From: an uncultured Thermoplasmatales archaeon
GTDB taxonomy: Archaea; Thermoplasmatota; E2; DHVEG-1
Assembly (NCBI GenBank): GCA_964636235.1
Contig: CAZWQV010000002.1
Span: 37,607 to 101,606, forward strand
Direction: 5' to 3'
DNA: 64,000 nt
Both the position numbers and the translations under genes were made by a program. Numbering within the stretch: the first letter of the stretch is position 1; each line of letters starts with the position of its first letter. The notes under the pieces were generated by a model. It made no database searches. It saw nothing but the letters and a program-made list of their open reading frames with translations, and was not told the origin of the DNA. Below are positions 27,748 to 37,855 of the stretch, piece after piece.

Positions 27748-29799
27748 TTGATGATTAACATGTCTGAAGAATGTATTATGGAAAAATCTGATGTATTGGA
27801 TACTTCTCAGCATGATTCATGTGAACCAAGACATGATACTTCGCATAATCTTAATCAAATCATCAATTCCACAGATCAAATTCCTGCTATTATTGTTATC
27901 ACAGATGCCACTGGTATCATTCAATATGTAAATAGGAAATTTACAGAAATAACTGGATATTCTAATATTGAAGTTATTGGAAAGACACCAGCAATTCTCA
28001 AGTCTGGATATCATCCAGATGAATTCTATCGACATATGTGGAACACTATTTCATCTAAAAAAATGTGGGCTGGTGAATTCTACAATAAAAAGAAAACTGG
28101 TGAACTTTATTGGGAACATGCAACTATTTCACCCGCATTTGATGCGCAACGGAATATTACTAATTTTATCGCTGTAAAACAAGAAATAACGAATAGAAAA
28201 GAAATGGAATACAATTTAAAAATAAAGGAAAATGCATTATTGTCTTCCATAAATGCAATTGTTCTAACTGACTTAAATGGAAATATCACCTATGTAAACC
28301 CATCCTTTTTAGGAATGTGGAATTTTGATTCTGAGCAAAGAATATTACAAAAACCTGTTTTCAGTCTCTGGAAAAAAGGAGGTCAATACGTAAATATCAT
28401 TGATCAAATCCTTAGGGATGGAGGCTGGTTTGGAGAAGTAATCGCTAAAGGAAATGATGGTCGATTGTTTCCGGTGCAAATGTCTGCCAGTATGGTCAAA
28501 GATGAATTTGATAAATTACTTTGTATCATGGCATCTTTTGTTGATGTAACCAAACAGAAAAGACTTGAGAAGAAATACAAGCGATTTAAAACCATTTCAG
28601 ATGAAGCTGATTACGGTGCTATTATCCATGATATGGATGGAACTATATTGTATGTTAACAAATCCTTTGCTTTTATACACGGCTATTACCCCCAAGATAT
28701 TATTGGTAAAAATCTTTCCATATTTTATGCTGAAGATAAGGCACAAGATTATACAACTATGATTAATGAATTAAAAACAGTTGGTAATGTAGTAGGAAAA
28801 GAATTATATCATATAACAAAAAATGGGGATACTATTCCTTTATTAATGACCTCCACAGTGATTAAAGAAACTGATTACCAAAACCCGTATGTTGCAGGAA
28901 CTGTCATTGATATCACAGAAAGAAAAGAATCTGAAAAAAAGATTTTGGAACATACAGAGGTCCTCCGTGAAATGAACAATGAACTACAGGTCGCAAGAGA
29001 ACAATTATCAACTTTAAATCAAAATCTAGAAATAGAAGTAGAACAGAGAACGCAGAAGATTAGAAAATTGGTTGAACAGAAAGATGGATTTATCACACAA
29101 TTAAGTCATGATTTAAAAACACCGTTAACGCCCATAATGGCATTATTGCCAATTCTTAAAGATTCACTTCGAACAGAGAAAGAAAAAGAGATTTTAGATG
29201 TTATTATAAAAAATACATATTTTATGAAGGACCTTGTGGAAAAAACCATCGATTTGGCCAAATTCAACTCAGATAGAATTGATATACCTATTGAAACAAT
29301 TGAGTTAAAATCAATCATGGATAAAATCTTGACAAATAACAAAGTTATGTTCGAAGAAAAAAATATAAAGATTGAAAATGGCATAGCTGATGGTTTATAT
29401 ATAAAGGGAAATGAGTTAAGACTTTATGAAGTTTTTAATAATATATTAACAAACTCAGTTAAATACATAGGTGAAAATGAAAAAAGAATCACTATCCAAG
29501 CAACAAAAGAACAAGACATGGTACAGATTTCATTCAGTGATTCAGGCATTGGTATGACACAAGAGCAAATAGATCGTATTTTTGATGAGTTTTATAAGGC
29601 AGATTCATCAAGACATGATCATAATTCAACAGGACTTGGGCTTTCAATTACCAAGAAAATTGTTGAAAAGCATGGCGGTGTCATCTGGGCAGAAAGTCAA
29701 GGACTTGGGGGCGGAAGTACTTTTTTTATTCGTCTTAAAGCGGCTGATAATAAAGATGAATTAAAGAAGAGTGCAGATGAATCAGAAATTTATGGATAA
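27748..29799 (+). CDS. multi-PAS sensor histidine kinase
   Basis: Three or four PAS/PAC repeats, a coiled-coil linker, HisKA H-box LSHDLKTPLTPI, and HATPase_c N/G boxes (NNILTNSVKY, DSGIGM, GLGLSITKKIVEKHGG). Confidence 0.85.
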   Translation: MMINMSEECIMEKSDVLDTSQHDSCEPRHDTSHNLNQIINSTDQIPAIIVITDATGIIQYVNRKFTEITGYSNIEVIGKTPAILKSGYHPDEFYRHMWNTISSKKMWAGEFYNKKKTGELYWEHATISPAFDAQRNITNFIAVKQEITNRKEMEYNLKIKENALLSSINAIVLTDLNGNITYVNPSFLGMWNFDSEQRILQKPVFSLWKKGGQYVNIIDQILRDGGWFGEVIAKGNDGRLFPVQMSASMVKDEFDKLLCIMASFVDVTKQKRLEKKYKRFKTISDEADYGAIIHDMDGTILYVNKSFAFIHGYYPQDIIGKNLSIFYAEDKAQDYTTMINELKTVGNVVGKELYHITKNGDTIPLLMTSTVIKETDYQNPYVAGTVIDITERKESEKKILEHTEVLREMNNELQVAREQLSTLNQNLEIEVEQRTQKIRKLVEQKDGFITQLSHDLKTPLTPIMALLPILKDSLRTEKEKEILDVIIKNTYFMKDLVEKTIDLAKFNSDRIDIPIETIELKSIMDKILTNNKVMFEEKNIKIENGIADGLYIKGNELRLYEVFNNILTNSVKYIGENEKRITIQATKEQDMVQISFSDSGIGMTQEQIDRIFDEFYKADSSRHDHNSTGLGLSITKKIVEKHGGVIWAESQGLGGGSTFFIRLKAADNKDELKKSADESEIYG

Positions 29800-29838
29800 T
29801 GAGCAAGATATCATTTAAAGAATATAGGGGAAAACATA

Positions 29839-30663
29839 ATGGATATAAAAAATGCAAGTATAGTACATAATTCACTACAGGCATTATGCAGTATTGCTGG
29901 AAGAAGAACGACAAGTAATTTTGCAGTTAAGGTTATGAATACCATAATGACCACGTTGCGTGATCGATATGATTTTTTAAAATATGTTGAAATTCATGAT
30001 GAGCATAACATTCAAGTAGCTTCTCAAATAAATGAGATTTCCTCATCTGAGATATGTAAAGCAATTGAAACAGCCATTCGAATTGTCTATATGGACCTGC
30101 AAGATAATGGTGGCCTTTATTTTATGAAAGAATTTAAAGAAATAATTGGGAAAGAAACCATTCATGCATTGGAAGAAAATGGGATTGATTTAAACATCAT
30201 TGAAATGGAACAGAAACATTCGTTTAACCATCGAAACAAGGTAAATAAAATTGCGGGAGATGCAAGTATTTTAGGATATATATGGTCGGATGTGTCAAAT
30301 TGGAAATATGATGATCATAATAAAGTCTGCATCCTCTATAATAAAGATGATAAAATACTGGATAAACTTAATTTAGATGTTATTATAAAAGAGCACATTG
30401 ACAAATTAACCGGTTCTGATGATATTGATATATCTCAAGACCTTCAAACCGAAAGATATCAAAAAGAATATGAGCTTTTGACTATGCTGCAATCAAAGGA
30501 CTTGGATATTGATACAGCATTAACCCTCCTTCAGATATCTGATGAGGAATTGGAACATATTGTGAAAAGACTGATGGGTTTAGGGTTTTTAGAATATGTG
30601 GATGTTGATGTAGTAAAAATTAGTGAAAAAGGATTGCAATATATCTCGAATCCTGTGAAATAA
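29839..30663 (+). CDS. Uncharacterised two-domain protein: unknown N-domain + C-terminal wHTH (paralog of 9633..10496)
   Basis: Paralog of 9633..10496 with shared motifs. Starts 40 nt after the histidine-kinase stop on the same strand. Confidence 0.45.
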   Translation: MDIKNASIVHNSLQALCSIAGRRTTSNFAVKVMNTIMTTLRDRYDFLKYVEIHDEHNIQVASQINEISSSEICKAIETAIRIVYMDLQDNGGLYFMKEFKEIIGKETIHALEENGIDLNIIEMEQKHSFNHRNKVNKIAGDASILGYIWSDVSNWKYDDHNKVCILYNKDDKILDKLNLDVIIKEHIDKLTGSDDIDISQDLQTERYQKEYELLTMLQSKDLDIDTALTLLQISDEELEHIVKRLMGLGFLEYVDVDVVKISEKGLQYISNPVK

Positions 30664-30670
30664 TTTGTAC

Positions 30671-31639
30671 CTATTTGAAAATAATATTATGATGTTTTTC
30701 AGTAGAAACCTTTGGAAATTTGGGAACAAAATCTTTCCTGATTTCTTCATCATACTTTTTTTCACCACCTTTCTCTTCCAAGATCTTCTTCCCTTTTTCA
30801 ATCATAAGAAGGGTATTTGCATTAACAGCATCAATTGTTCCCGGTGCAATTTTGATGAGCAGTCGCAAGGTAAGGCCAATTCCGTAAGGAATAGACTCAG
30901 ATGTGAAAATAGTGCCAGGGATTGCATCGAACCAAATACCTATCGCTTCTTCTCCAACAGTGGTTATGGGTATATTCATCGCAGCTTGTCTCTCTGGTGT
31001 TGGTCCGGCATGGGCGACCATCCATTTTCCGTTTATGAAAGCTTCCATATCTCCTTCAATGGAAAAATAACCAAGCGCGTCATACCATTTACGCGTCATT
31101 GAATCAAACATCTCGTTATATGCTGCTTGACTTGTGATTGCTGCAAATAATTTATATCGGGCTTTTATCCCCGCACAGCGGCAAAGAGCAACTAGAACAT
31201 TATTGATATGAATACAGGTACCAGTTCCTCGTTTCAACGTTTCCTCCACTGAATCCATTTGAACGATTTCTAAGGTAATATTTCTTTTTACCCAATCAAA
31301 AGCTGCATCAACAAATTCTTTATCTGATTTTTTATAAGCTCCTAAATGATTTGCAAGTGCAATGACTTCTTTACTAAAAGTATTACACCAAAGTGTTGGT
31401 CGAAGATATTTTTCATTTGAGCTGCAATACTGCATATCTTTTTTGTAGCTTGGTACTTCATATCGTGGTTTCGGCCGAATATATAATCGTTTTTTTGAAG
31501 ATATTCCAGTAATTTTTTTAAAATCTTTAAAATTTGTTAAAAAAATATAGATAAATGATACAACTCCTTTAATCAACATTCGTAGATATGTCAAGTTCGG
31601 TATGTATTCCCTTTGTTTCATTTCGCGAAGTGAAGTCAT
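30671..31639 (-). CDS. transglutaminase-like cysteine-protease domain protein, membrane-anchored
   Basis: N-terminal TM helix. Transglutaminase core motif GTGTCIHINNVLVALCRCAGIKARY with the catalytic Cys context. Confidence 0.6.
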   Translation of the reverse strand: MTSLREMKQREYIPNLTYLRMLIKGVVSFIYIFLTNFKDFKKITGISSKKRLYIRPKPRYEVPSYKKDMQYCSSNEKYLRPTLWCNTFSKEVIALANHLGAYKKSDKEFVDAAFDWVKRNITLEIVQMDSVEETLKRGTGTCIHINNVLVALCRCAGIKARYKLFAAITSQAAYNEMFDSMTRKWYDALGYFSIEGDMEAFINGKWMVAHAGPTPERQAAMNIPITTVGEEAIGIWFDAIPGTIFTSESIPYGIGLTLRLLIKIAPGTIDAVNANTLLMIEKGKKILEEKGGEKKYDEEIRKDFVPKFPKVSTEKHHNIIFK

Positions 31640-31746
31640 TTCTTATCAACTATCAATATTATTATTTATTATATAAATATTAATGTATTTAACAAAAAAA
31701 TAATTATTCATTTTTCCGGTCTTTACTATAACCTGTTGCATAATCA

Positions 31747-32280
31747 ATGTTATGGGGAATAGCTTTAATACTTTTCATCGTATTGTCATTTTTTATGCAA
31801 ACGGGCAAAGTACGAATTAAAGTCAATGATTTTGAAATTGAAGTTGAGGGAACGGAAAAATTTATTGACGCCTATTTAGAAAAAACCTTGGGCACATCAC
31901 TTTCGCAATTACCTTTTCAATTAGAGAACAAAAAAGGTGTTAATAAAAAGAAGCAAACTAAAATTATTCAAAATGAAATCAAAAAAAAGCAAGAAACATT
32001 TGCATCTTTAGTTAAGAAAATGAAGGTTAAGAACATTCAAGATCTCATTATTGCGTCAGCATATTATTGGTCAGTTATCAAAAAAATAAAGACTTGTCCA
32101 GAACATGATTTATATAAAACTGTAACTATGGACAAACAATTATTTAAGAAATATGGGGGAAATTTTAAAGAGCCCTTTTCTAAATTAATTGAGAGCGGTA
32201 AGATTAAAAAGACAAACGGCCAATATGAATTATCTCAGGAACTTATCGAAGAAATTACCCAGAAAATAGGGAAAAAATAA
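31747..32280 (+). CDS. hypothetical N-terminally membrane-anchored lysine-rich protein
   Basis: A single N-terminal hydrophobic helix followed by a charged helical region. Confidence 0.3.
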   Translation: MLWGIALILFIVLSFFMQTGKVRIKVNDFEIEVEGTEKFIDAYLEKTLGTSLSQLPFQLENKKGVNKKKQTKIIQNEIKKKQETFASLVKKMKVKNIQDLIIASAYYWSVIKKIKTCPEHDLYKTVTMDKQLFKKYGGNFKEPFSKLIESGKIKKTNGQYELSQELIEEITQKIGKK

Positions 32281-32368
32281 CATTTTATTGATATTAAAAT
32301 TATATATTTTTTTTTAAATTCATCTAGAAAAATTATTAAAGTCTTGATAAGTTCAATTATTTGATAGA

Positions 32369-34438
32369 ATGAAAAAAAATGCTTTGTTACTAGTCTCATC
32401 TGTCATTTTTTTATTAATAACTCCTCTTTCATTGGCAGCAATTACCAATGTAAATAGTATCAAACTAAGCTCGAATAACCCCTTCTTTCCACTTTATTCA
32501 AAAGATACCTATATGGTGGAAATGAGAGATGGTATTCATCTAGCAACCGATATCTATTTTCCTGATAATACAACAAAACAAATGGGAAGTATATTGATTC
32601 GAACTCCATATAATAAAAAAAATATGAATATGGGCGATTGGGCCGATGCCGGATGGCCAACCATTGTTCAAGATATGCGAGGACGATATGAATCTGAAAG
32701 CGCGGATACTGTTTTTAGAAATGCTCATACTGATGGTCCCGATACATTAGAATGGATTGCTTCACAGTCATGGTCAAATGGTAAAATTGCAACCTATGGC
32801 GGATCGGCTCTTGGGATAAATCAATACTATATGGCGGGTGCAAATCCAGAAAATCTTGCCTGTCAATACATACAAGTTGCCACACCAAATTTACATAATC
32901 ATGCTGTATTTCAAGGTGGTCAATTTCGCCTAGCAATGATTGAAGGCTGGTTAAAAGGTCAAAACAGTCTTTTTGTCTTACCAGAACTTATTTCCCATGA
33001 AAATTATACAATGGATTATTGGACCAACACATCACTTGAAGATAATTGGTCAGATATCCATGTACCCGCGATTCATAGTGGAGGTTGGTATGATTGTTTT
33101 ACTCAAGGAACTCTTAATGGATTTATGGGGTATCAATATTTAGGTGGTATTGGTGCCAAAGGGCAATCAAAGCTTATCATGGGACCTTGGACTCATGGGG
33201 CAAGTCTGCAAGCCGGCGAATTGCAATATCCTGAAAATGCATTACCTGATTTTCCATTTGAATTATTTGTAGATATGATCTATACATTTACGGAAAACGG
33301 AGAATATAATGGTCCTATAGATTATCAGAAATGGCCTGCGGTTTCATATTATGTTATGGGTGATGTAGAAGATTTTGACGCTCCAGGAAATGAATGGAGA
33401 TTTTCAGATAAATGGCCTATAGCATCAAATGAGCAACCATGGTATTTTCATAATGATGGTAGTTTATCCATTGACCGATCTATATCAAATGAAGATTTAA
33501 CATATTTATATGATCCTACCGATCCGGTTCTAACAGTTGGTGGACAAAACTTGAATCTTCCACGTGGCCCCTATGATCAACGATCAGTCGAAAATCGAGA
33601 GGATGTCCTTGTATTTTCTAGCTCAATGCTGGAGGAACCTTATGAGGCTACAGGGCCAATTAATGCATCATTATTTGTTTCATCAAATTGCCAAGATACT
33701 GATTTTACAGTAAAATTATGTGATGTATACCCTGATGGCCGATCAATGCTGATAACAGATGGAATACTTCGAATGAGAAATCGTAATGGTTTGGATCATT
33801 GGGAGTTTATGAATCCTGAGGAAATTTATGAAATAAAAGTAAGTCTTTGGAGTACATCATATATATGGAATGTGGGTCATAAGATAAGAGTATCAATTTC
33901 ATCATCAAATTATCCTCGGTTTTTAGCAAATCCAAACACAAAAGATGCGATTAAAGGAAACAATACCTATAAGGTGGCAGAAAATACATTGTACATTGGA
34001 GATGCTTATCCTTCATGTATCATACTTCCTACAATTGAAAAACAATCGAGCAATCCCCCCAATAAGCCTTTACCTGCTGATGGCCCTGTATCTGGAAAAT
34101 ATTTCACTGAATACATCTATGAATCCAATAGTATTGATCCTGACGGGGATAAAGTATATTTACTTTTTGATTGGGGTGATGGATCACGGAGTGGTTGGGT
34201 TGGCCCATTTCTATCTGGTGAAATAGGATCGGCCTCACATATCTGGTCAGGTTTTGGTGAAAAATCATATCAAATAAGAGTAAAAGCAAAAGATACCCAT
34301 GATGTTGTAAGTGATTGGTCTGAATCGATTACCATAACCCTTCCAAAAAATAAGGAATTTCAATTTCTCCATGATTTATTTGTGCGTTTATTTAATGATA
34401 AAATTCAGCATTTAAACCTAATAGAACTTTTAACATAA
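32369..34438 (+). CDS. secreted CocE/NonD-family (X-Pro dipeptidyl-peptidase, S15) hydrolase with C-terminal PKD domain
   Basis: Signal peptide. Alpha/beta hydrolase region with the GGSALG nucleophile elbow and a CocE/NonD C-terminal beta-sandwich. C-terminal PKD-like FDWGDGS...Y.I.V.A.D. Confidence 0.65.
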   Translation: MKKNALLLVSSVIFLLITPLSLAAITNVNSIKLSSNNPFFPLYSKDTYMVEMRDGIHLATDIYFPDNTTKQMGSILIRTPYNKKNMNMGDWADAGWPTIVQDMRGRYESESADTVFRNAHTDGPDTLEWIASQSWSNGKIATYGGSALGINQYYMAGANPENLACQYIQVATPNLHNHAVFQGGQFRLAMIEGWLKGQNSLFVLPELISHENYTMDYWTNTSLEDNWSDIHVPAIHSGGWYDCFTQGTLNGFMGYQYLGGIGAKGQSKLIMGPWTHGASLQAGELQYPENALPDFPFELFVDMIYTFTENGEYNGPIDYQKWPAVSYYVMGDVEDFDAPGNEWRFSDKWPIASNEQPWYFHNDGSLSIDRSISNEDLTYLYDPTDPVLTVGGQNLNLPRGPYDQRSVENREDVLVFSSSMLEEPYEATGPINASLFVSSNCQDTDFTVKLCDVYPDGRSMLITDGILRMRNRNGLDHWEFMNPEEIYEIKVSLWSTSYIWNVGHKIRVSISSSNYPRFLANPNTKDAIKGNNTYKVAENTLYIGDAYPSCIILPTIEKQSSNPPNKPLPADGPVSGKYFTEYIYESNSIDPDGDKVYLLFDWGDGSRSGWVGPFLSGEIGSASHIWSGFGEKSYQIRVKAKDTHDVVSDWSESITITLPKNKEFQFLHDLFVRLFNDKIQHLNLIELLT

Positions 34439-34505
34439 AGTAAGAAAATATCTGAAATAAATAGGATAACTTTAATATGAGTCTCACTAAATACTCTTCA
34501 ACTAT

Positions 34506-35174
34506 ATGAAAAAGATGACCATTCAAATATCTCTTAATCCCTTTTTTTATAATTTAATAAAAAGTATAGCACCAATTGATATTATTGAAAATACAGAAGT
34601 ATTAGATATTTTAAAAATTGATTTTGAGAAAATATATAAAATCATTCTTGTGAAAATGATCATAAAACCAGGTCATACTGTTAAGGAACTGGAAGCTTCA
34701 AAAAGTGTTAAAATTCTTTCTACATTAGAAGAAGATGAACGATCAATTACATGCATAATGCAAGGTCGTCCACCAATTCATATTTTTTCAAAGCTAGGTG
34801 AAATCACCAAACATTTCGATGTTGATGTTATTTGGGATACGCCTTCAAGAATGCAAGGTCGGCATGTTGTTTTTAGTGCTATCGGATCGGAAAAAGCGCT
34901 CAATAAAATTGCTGTCTCTTGTAAATTAATTGGAAATGTTGAAAAATTAAGTTTTACTAATACTTTTTTACAGGAAATTGATTTGTTGAACTGTTTAACC
35001 GATAAACAAAAACAGATACTTGTTACCGCAAAACAAAGAGGATATTATGAGTATCCAAGGAAAATATCAACGGATATTCTTTCCAAACATGTCGGATTAA
35101 GTAAAGCAACAACGGTGGAACATTTAAGAAAAGCTGAAAATAGACTTATGTCACAATTGCTGGTTGGATATTAA
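34506..35174 (+). CDS. HTH_10 (Bat/bacterio-opsin-activator-type) DNA-binding regulator
   Basis: C-terminal motif LTDKQKQILVTAKQRGYYEYPRKIS...LSKHVGLSKATTVEHLRKAENRLM is the archaeal HTH_10 signature. Confidence 0.55.
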   Translation: MKKMTIQISLNPFFYNLIKSIAPIDIIENTEVLDILKIDFEKIYKIILVKMIIKPGHTVKELEASKSVKILSTLEEDERSITCIMQGRPPIHIFSKLGEITKHFDVDVIWDTPSRMQGRHVVFSAIGSEKALNKIAVSCKLIGNVEKLSFTNTFLQEIDLLNCLTDKQKQILVTAKQRGYYEYPRKISTDILSKHVGLSKATTVEHLRKAENRLMSQLLVGY

Positions 35175-35307
35175 AAATTAAACAATAAATACTTAATTGC
35201 CTTTTTTAATTAAAACATTTGTAATAATAATATTTAATTATTTAATTAACTATAGAAAAATATATATTCTAGTAACTATTATTAAATTACTATTGGGAGG
35301 TAGACCA

Positions 35308-35958
35308 ATGATAATGAAGGGCAAAATATTATTTTTTGTACTGCTGGTGCTGCTAAGTACTGCAATATTGCCGTTTCCTGTCATTGCTGGTGATGAGCAG
35401 AATCCTGAAATAGTAGATACAGTGGAAGATGCAAGATCGTATTTAGATATTGAAAAAGCATGGTTTTTTGAAGAAGAATCAACTCCAAATTATCTCTATA
35501 CAACCATAAAGTTACGAAATAGTAATGTGATGATGCCAAAGCAACATCTTACTGTTCATTGGAAGATGGATGATGAAATCTATTGGACCATTTGCTCAGT
35601 AGGTTATGAGGCTGGGCAATGGATACATTTTAATTTTGGCATTGGAATTGATTACTGGTATGATAGGGCAGAAGTATTTGACATTGAGGAAGAATTTGAT
35701 ACGGAATCAGGAACAGTAATATGTAAAATACCAAAATCATTATTAAATGATCCTGAACCAGGTACAATTCTAAAAGATACTTCATAAGAAGGTTTTGAAC
35801 GATTTGGCTTTTTCGGTCGATTGGGTTTCAGTCCAAAAATGAGAAGCATTCTTTTTTATAAACTTGGACTTCCAGAGTTACAAGTACAGGATTTTGCACC
35901 AAATATAATCCCTGGTGAAGAAAGAGAATATGGAAAGGATTATATTATACAATACTAG
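35308..35958 (+). pseudogene. Secreted protein, tandem-family member 1, interrupted by in-frame TAA at 35785-35787
   Basis: Signal peptide and AGDE..PEIVD motif. After the TAA the same frame continues FERFGFFGRLGF...GKDYIIQY*, matching the conserved C-terminus of members 2-4. Confidence 0.5.
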
Positions 35959-35971
35959 GGGGAATAATGAA

Positions 35972-36583
35972 ATGAAAAAATGTATATGTATTTTTGTTAT
36001 GGCGCTGTTTCTCACAACGATTTTGCCAATAACAGTAACTGCGGGTGATGAATCTGATCCAGAGATTGTTGATGGTGAAGACACGGCAGTATTTGATTAC
36101 TTGGATATTATATCTGCTTGGTTCTATGAAAAAGAAAATGAACCAGATTATCTTTATACTGCACTTAAATTAAAGGAAATCAATACGCTTAAATTTAAAC
36201 AACACCTGACTGTTCATTGGGAGCATAATGGAGTTGAATGCGCATCTTCGCTGGTGATAGGATATGGTGAACCATGGTATGCATTTATAGCAGGTTATGG
36301 TCATGGATTTTGGTTTCAAGAGCATTATGTTGAAATTGAGGGCAACTTTGATACTGAAACAGGTATTATTACCTGTAAAATCCCTAAAAGTATCATAAAT
36401 AATCCACAAATAGGTGATGTATTAACAAAAACAAAAGCACTTACCTTCCAACGGTTTGGATTTATTGGAAGATTAGGATTCGATCGTTTTTGGTTTTCAG
36501 GTTTAGTATCACTGATCACTGGAAAGGTTCCGTGGGATGGAGCACCATATGAGTATGGGAGAGATTATATTATTCAATATTAA
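35972..36583 (+). CDS. Secreted protein, tandem-family member 2 (unknown family)
   Basis: Signal peptide and AGDESDPEIVD. Conserved Y.DI...F.E....P.YLY, HLTVHW, GxITCKIPK, FQRFGFIGRLGF and C-terminal DYIIQY. Start chosen at ATG 35972. Confidence 0.5.
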   Translation: MKKCICIFVMALFLTTILPITVTAGDESDPEIVDGEDTAVFDYLDIISAWFYEKENEPDYLYTALKLKEINTLKFKQHLTVHWEHNGVECASSLVIGYGEPWYAFIAGYGHGFWFQEHYVEIEGNFDTETGIITCKIPKSIINNPQIGDVLTKTKALTFQRFGFIGRLGFDRFWFSGLVSLITGKVPWDGAPYEYGRDYIIQY

Positions 36584-36595
36584 AAGAGGGAAAAA

Positions 36596-37213
36596 ATGAA
36601 AAGAAAATTAATTGGAATATATATTGTTTTTATATTTATAAGCACAAGTATGTCAACCATGTTTGTGTTAGCTGATGAGCCAGAACCGCAAATAACTGAT
36701 CCAACTAGAGATGCATTTGGCTATATCGATATTGTGGATATTTTTTTTGAAAAACAAGAAACCCCTGAATTTCTTTGTGTATCAATGAAAATAAGTGAAC
36801 CATCTTTTTCAACATTTCAGCAAACATTTGCTGTTTTCTGGAAATATGATAAAGTTCAATATTCTTGTGGCCTTCATCTAGGATTCAGACCAAAGGATTG
36901 GGAAGCATATAATGCAGGTAAATATGAACGTGGAAAACGAAATCAGGATCTCCAAGATATCGAAGGCGACTATGATTTTGAAGATGGTGTCATTACATGG
37001 ACTATTCCAAAAGAACTTATTGGAAGTCCATCAAAAGGTGATGTATTATATGATACCTGGTCAAATGCGTTTAGACGGCTCGGTTTTATTGGAAGAATTG
37101 GTTTTACTCGCATTATCCTTGATAAAATTATCTTAAATGTATTTGATAATAACATGTGGGATTATGCGCCAGCAGAAGGAAGCTATGGTGATAATTATAC
37201 AATTCAATATTAA
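36596..37213 (+). CDS. Secreted protein, tandem-family member 3
   Basis: Signal peptide. Shares family motifs and C-terminal AFRRLGFIGRIGFTR ... DNYTIQY. Highly similar at the nucleotide level to member 4. Confidence 0.5.
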   Translation: MKRKLIGIYIVFIFISTSMSTMFVLADEPEPQITDPTRDAFGYIDIVDIFFEKQETPEFLCVSMKISEPSFSTFQQTFAVFWKYDKVQYSCGLHLGFRPKDWEAYNAGKYERGKRNQDLQDIEGDYDFEDGVITWTIPKELIGSPSKGDVLYDTWSNAFRRLGFIGRIGFTRIILDKIILNVFDNNMWDYAPAEGSYGDNYTIQY

Positions 37214-37246
37214 AAATAGTATATATGGAAAAATTGAGGTGAATAA

Positions 37247-37855
37247 ATGAGAAGAAAATTAATTGGAATATATCTGGTCTTCATATTTATAAGTTCAAGT
37301 ATGTCAACCATGTTTGTGCAAGCTGATGATCAAGAGCCACAGATCACAGATCAAACCGGTGACGCCTTTGGCTATATCGATATTGTGGATATTGAGTTTT
37401 TTGAAAAAGAGGAAGCTCCAGAATATCTTTATGTTTCAATGCAGATTAATGATCCTTCATTTACCACGTTTCAGCAAACCTTTGCTGTTTTTTGGAAACT
37501 CAATGGCACAGAATATTCATGCAGTTTACATAGGGGATTTAGTTTGAAATATTGGGATAGATACACTGCGGGAATAAGCAGAACTCGAAATCATAATGAT
37601 ATAAATGGAACGTACAATATGCAAACCGGTGTTATAACATGGAAGGTTCCAAAAGAATTCATTGGAGATCCTGAAAAAGGGGATGTTTTATATGACACCT
37701 GGTCAAACGCATTTAGAAGATTAGGGTTCATTGGAAGAATAGGTTTTACCCGCTATATCCTTGATGCAGTTATTTTGAAAGTATTTAATAATAACATGTG
37801 GGATTATGCTCCAGGAGAAGATAGTTACGGAGATAACTATATAATTAAATATTAA
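37247..37855 (+). CDS. Secreted protein, tandem-family member 4
   Basis: Near-duplicate of member 3. Followed by a T-rich terminator-like run (tcctgttttttttattctttttc around 37893). Confidence 0.5.
   Translation: MRRKLIGIYLVFIFISSSMSTMFVQADDQEPQITDQTGDAFGYIDIVDIEFFEKEEAPEYLYVSMQINDPSFTTFQQTFAVFWKLNGTEYSCSLHRGFSLKYWDRYTAGISRTRNHNDINGTYNMQTGVITWKVPKEFIGDPEKGDVLYDTWSNAFRRLGFIGRIGFTRYILDAVILKVFNNNMWDYAPGEDSYGDNYIIKY

Noticed and set aside
30665-31102. 145-aa plus-strand ORF overlapping the transglutaminase-like gene
   Set aside because: Entirely antisense to a well-supported minus-strand CDS with a recognisable domain. Low-complexity composition typical of shadow ORFs.
35197-37855. Possible CRISPR array or other non-coding tandem repeat suggested by repeated sequence blocks
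   Set aside because: The repeats are about 600 bp long, carry full ORFs with signal peptides and diverge at synonymous and non-synonymous sites. They are tandem paralogous genes, not short direct repeats with spacers. No cas genes are present.
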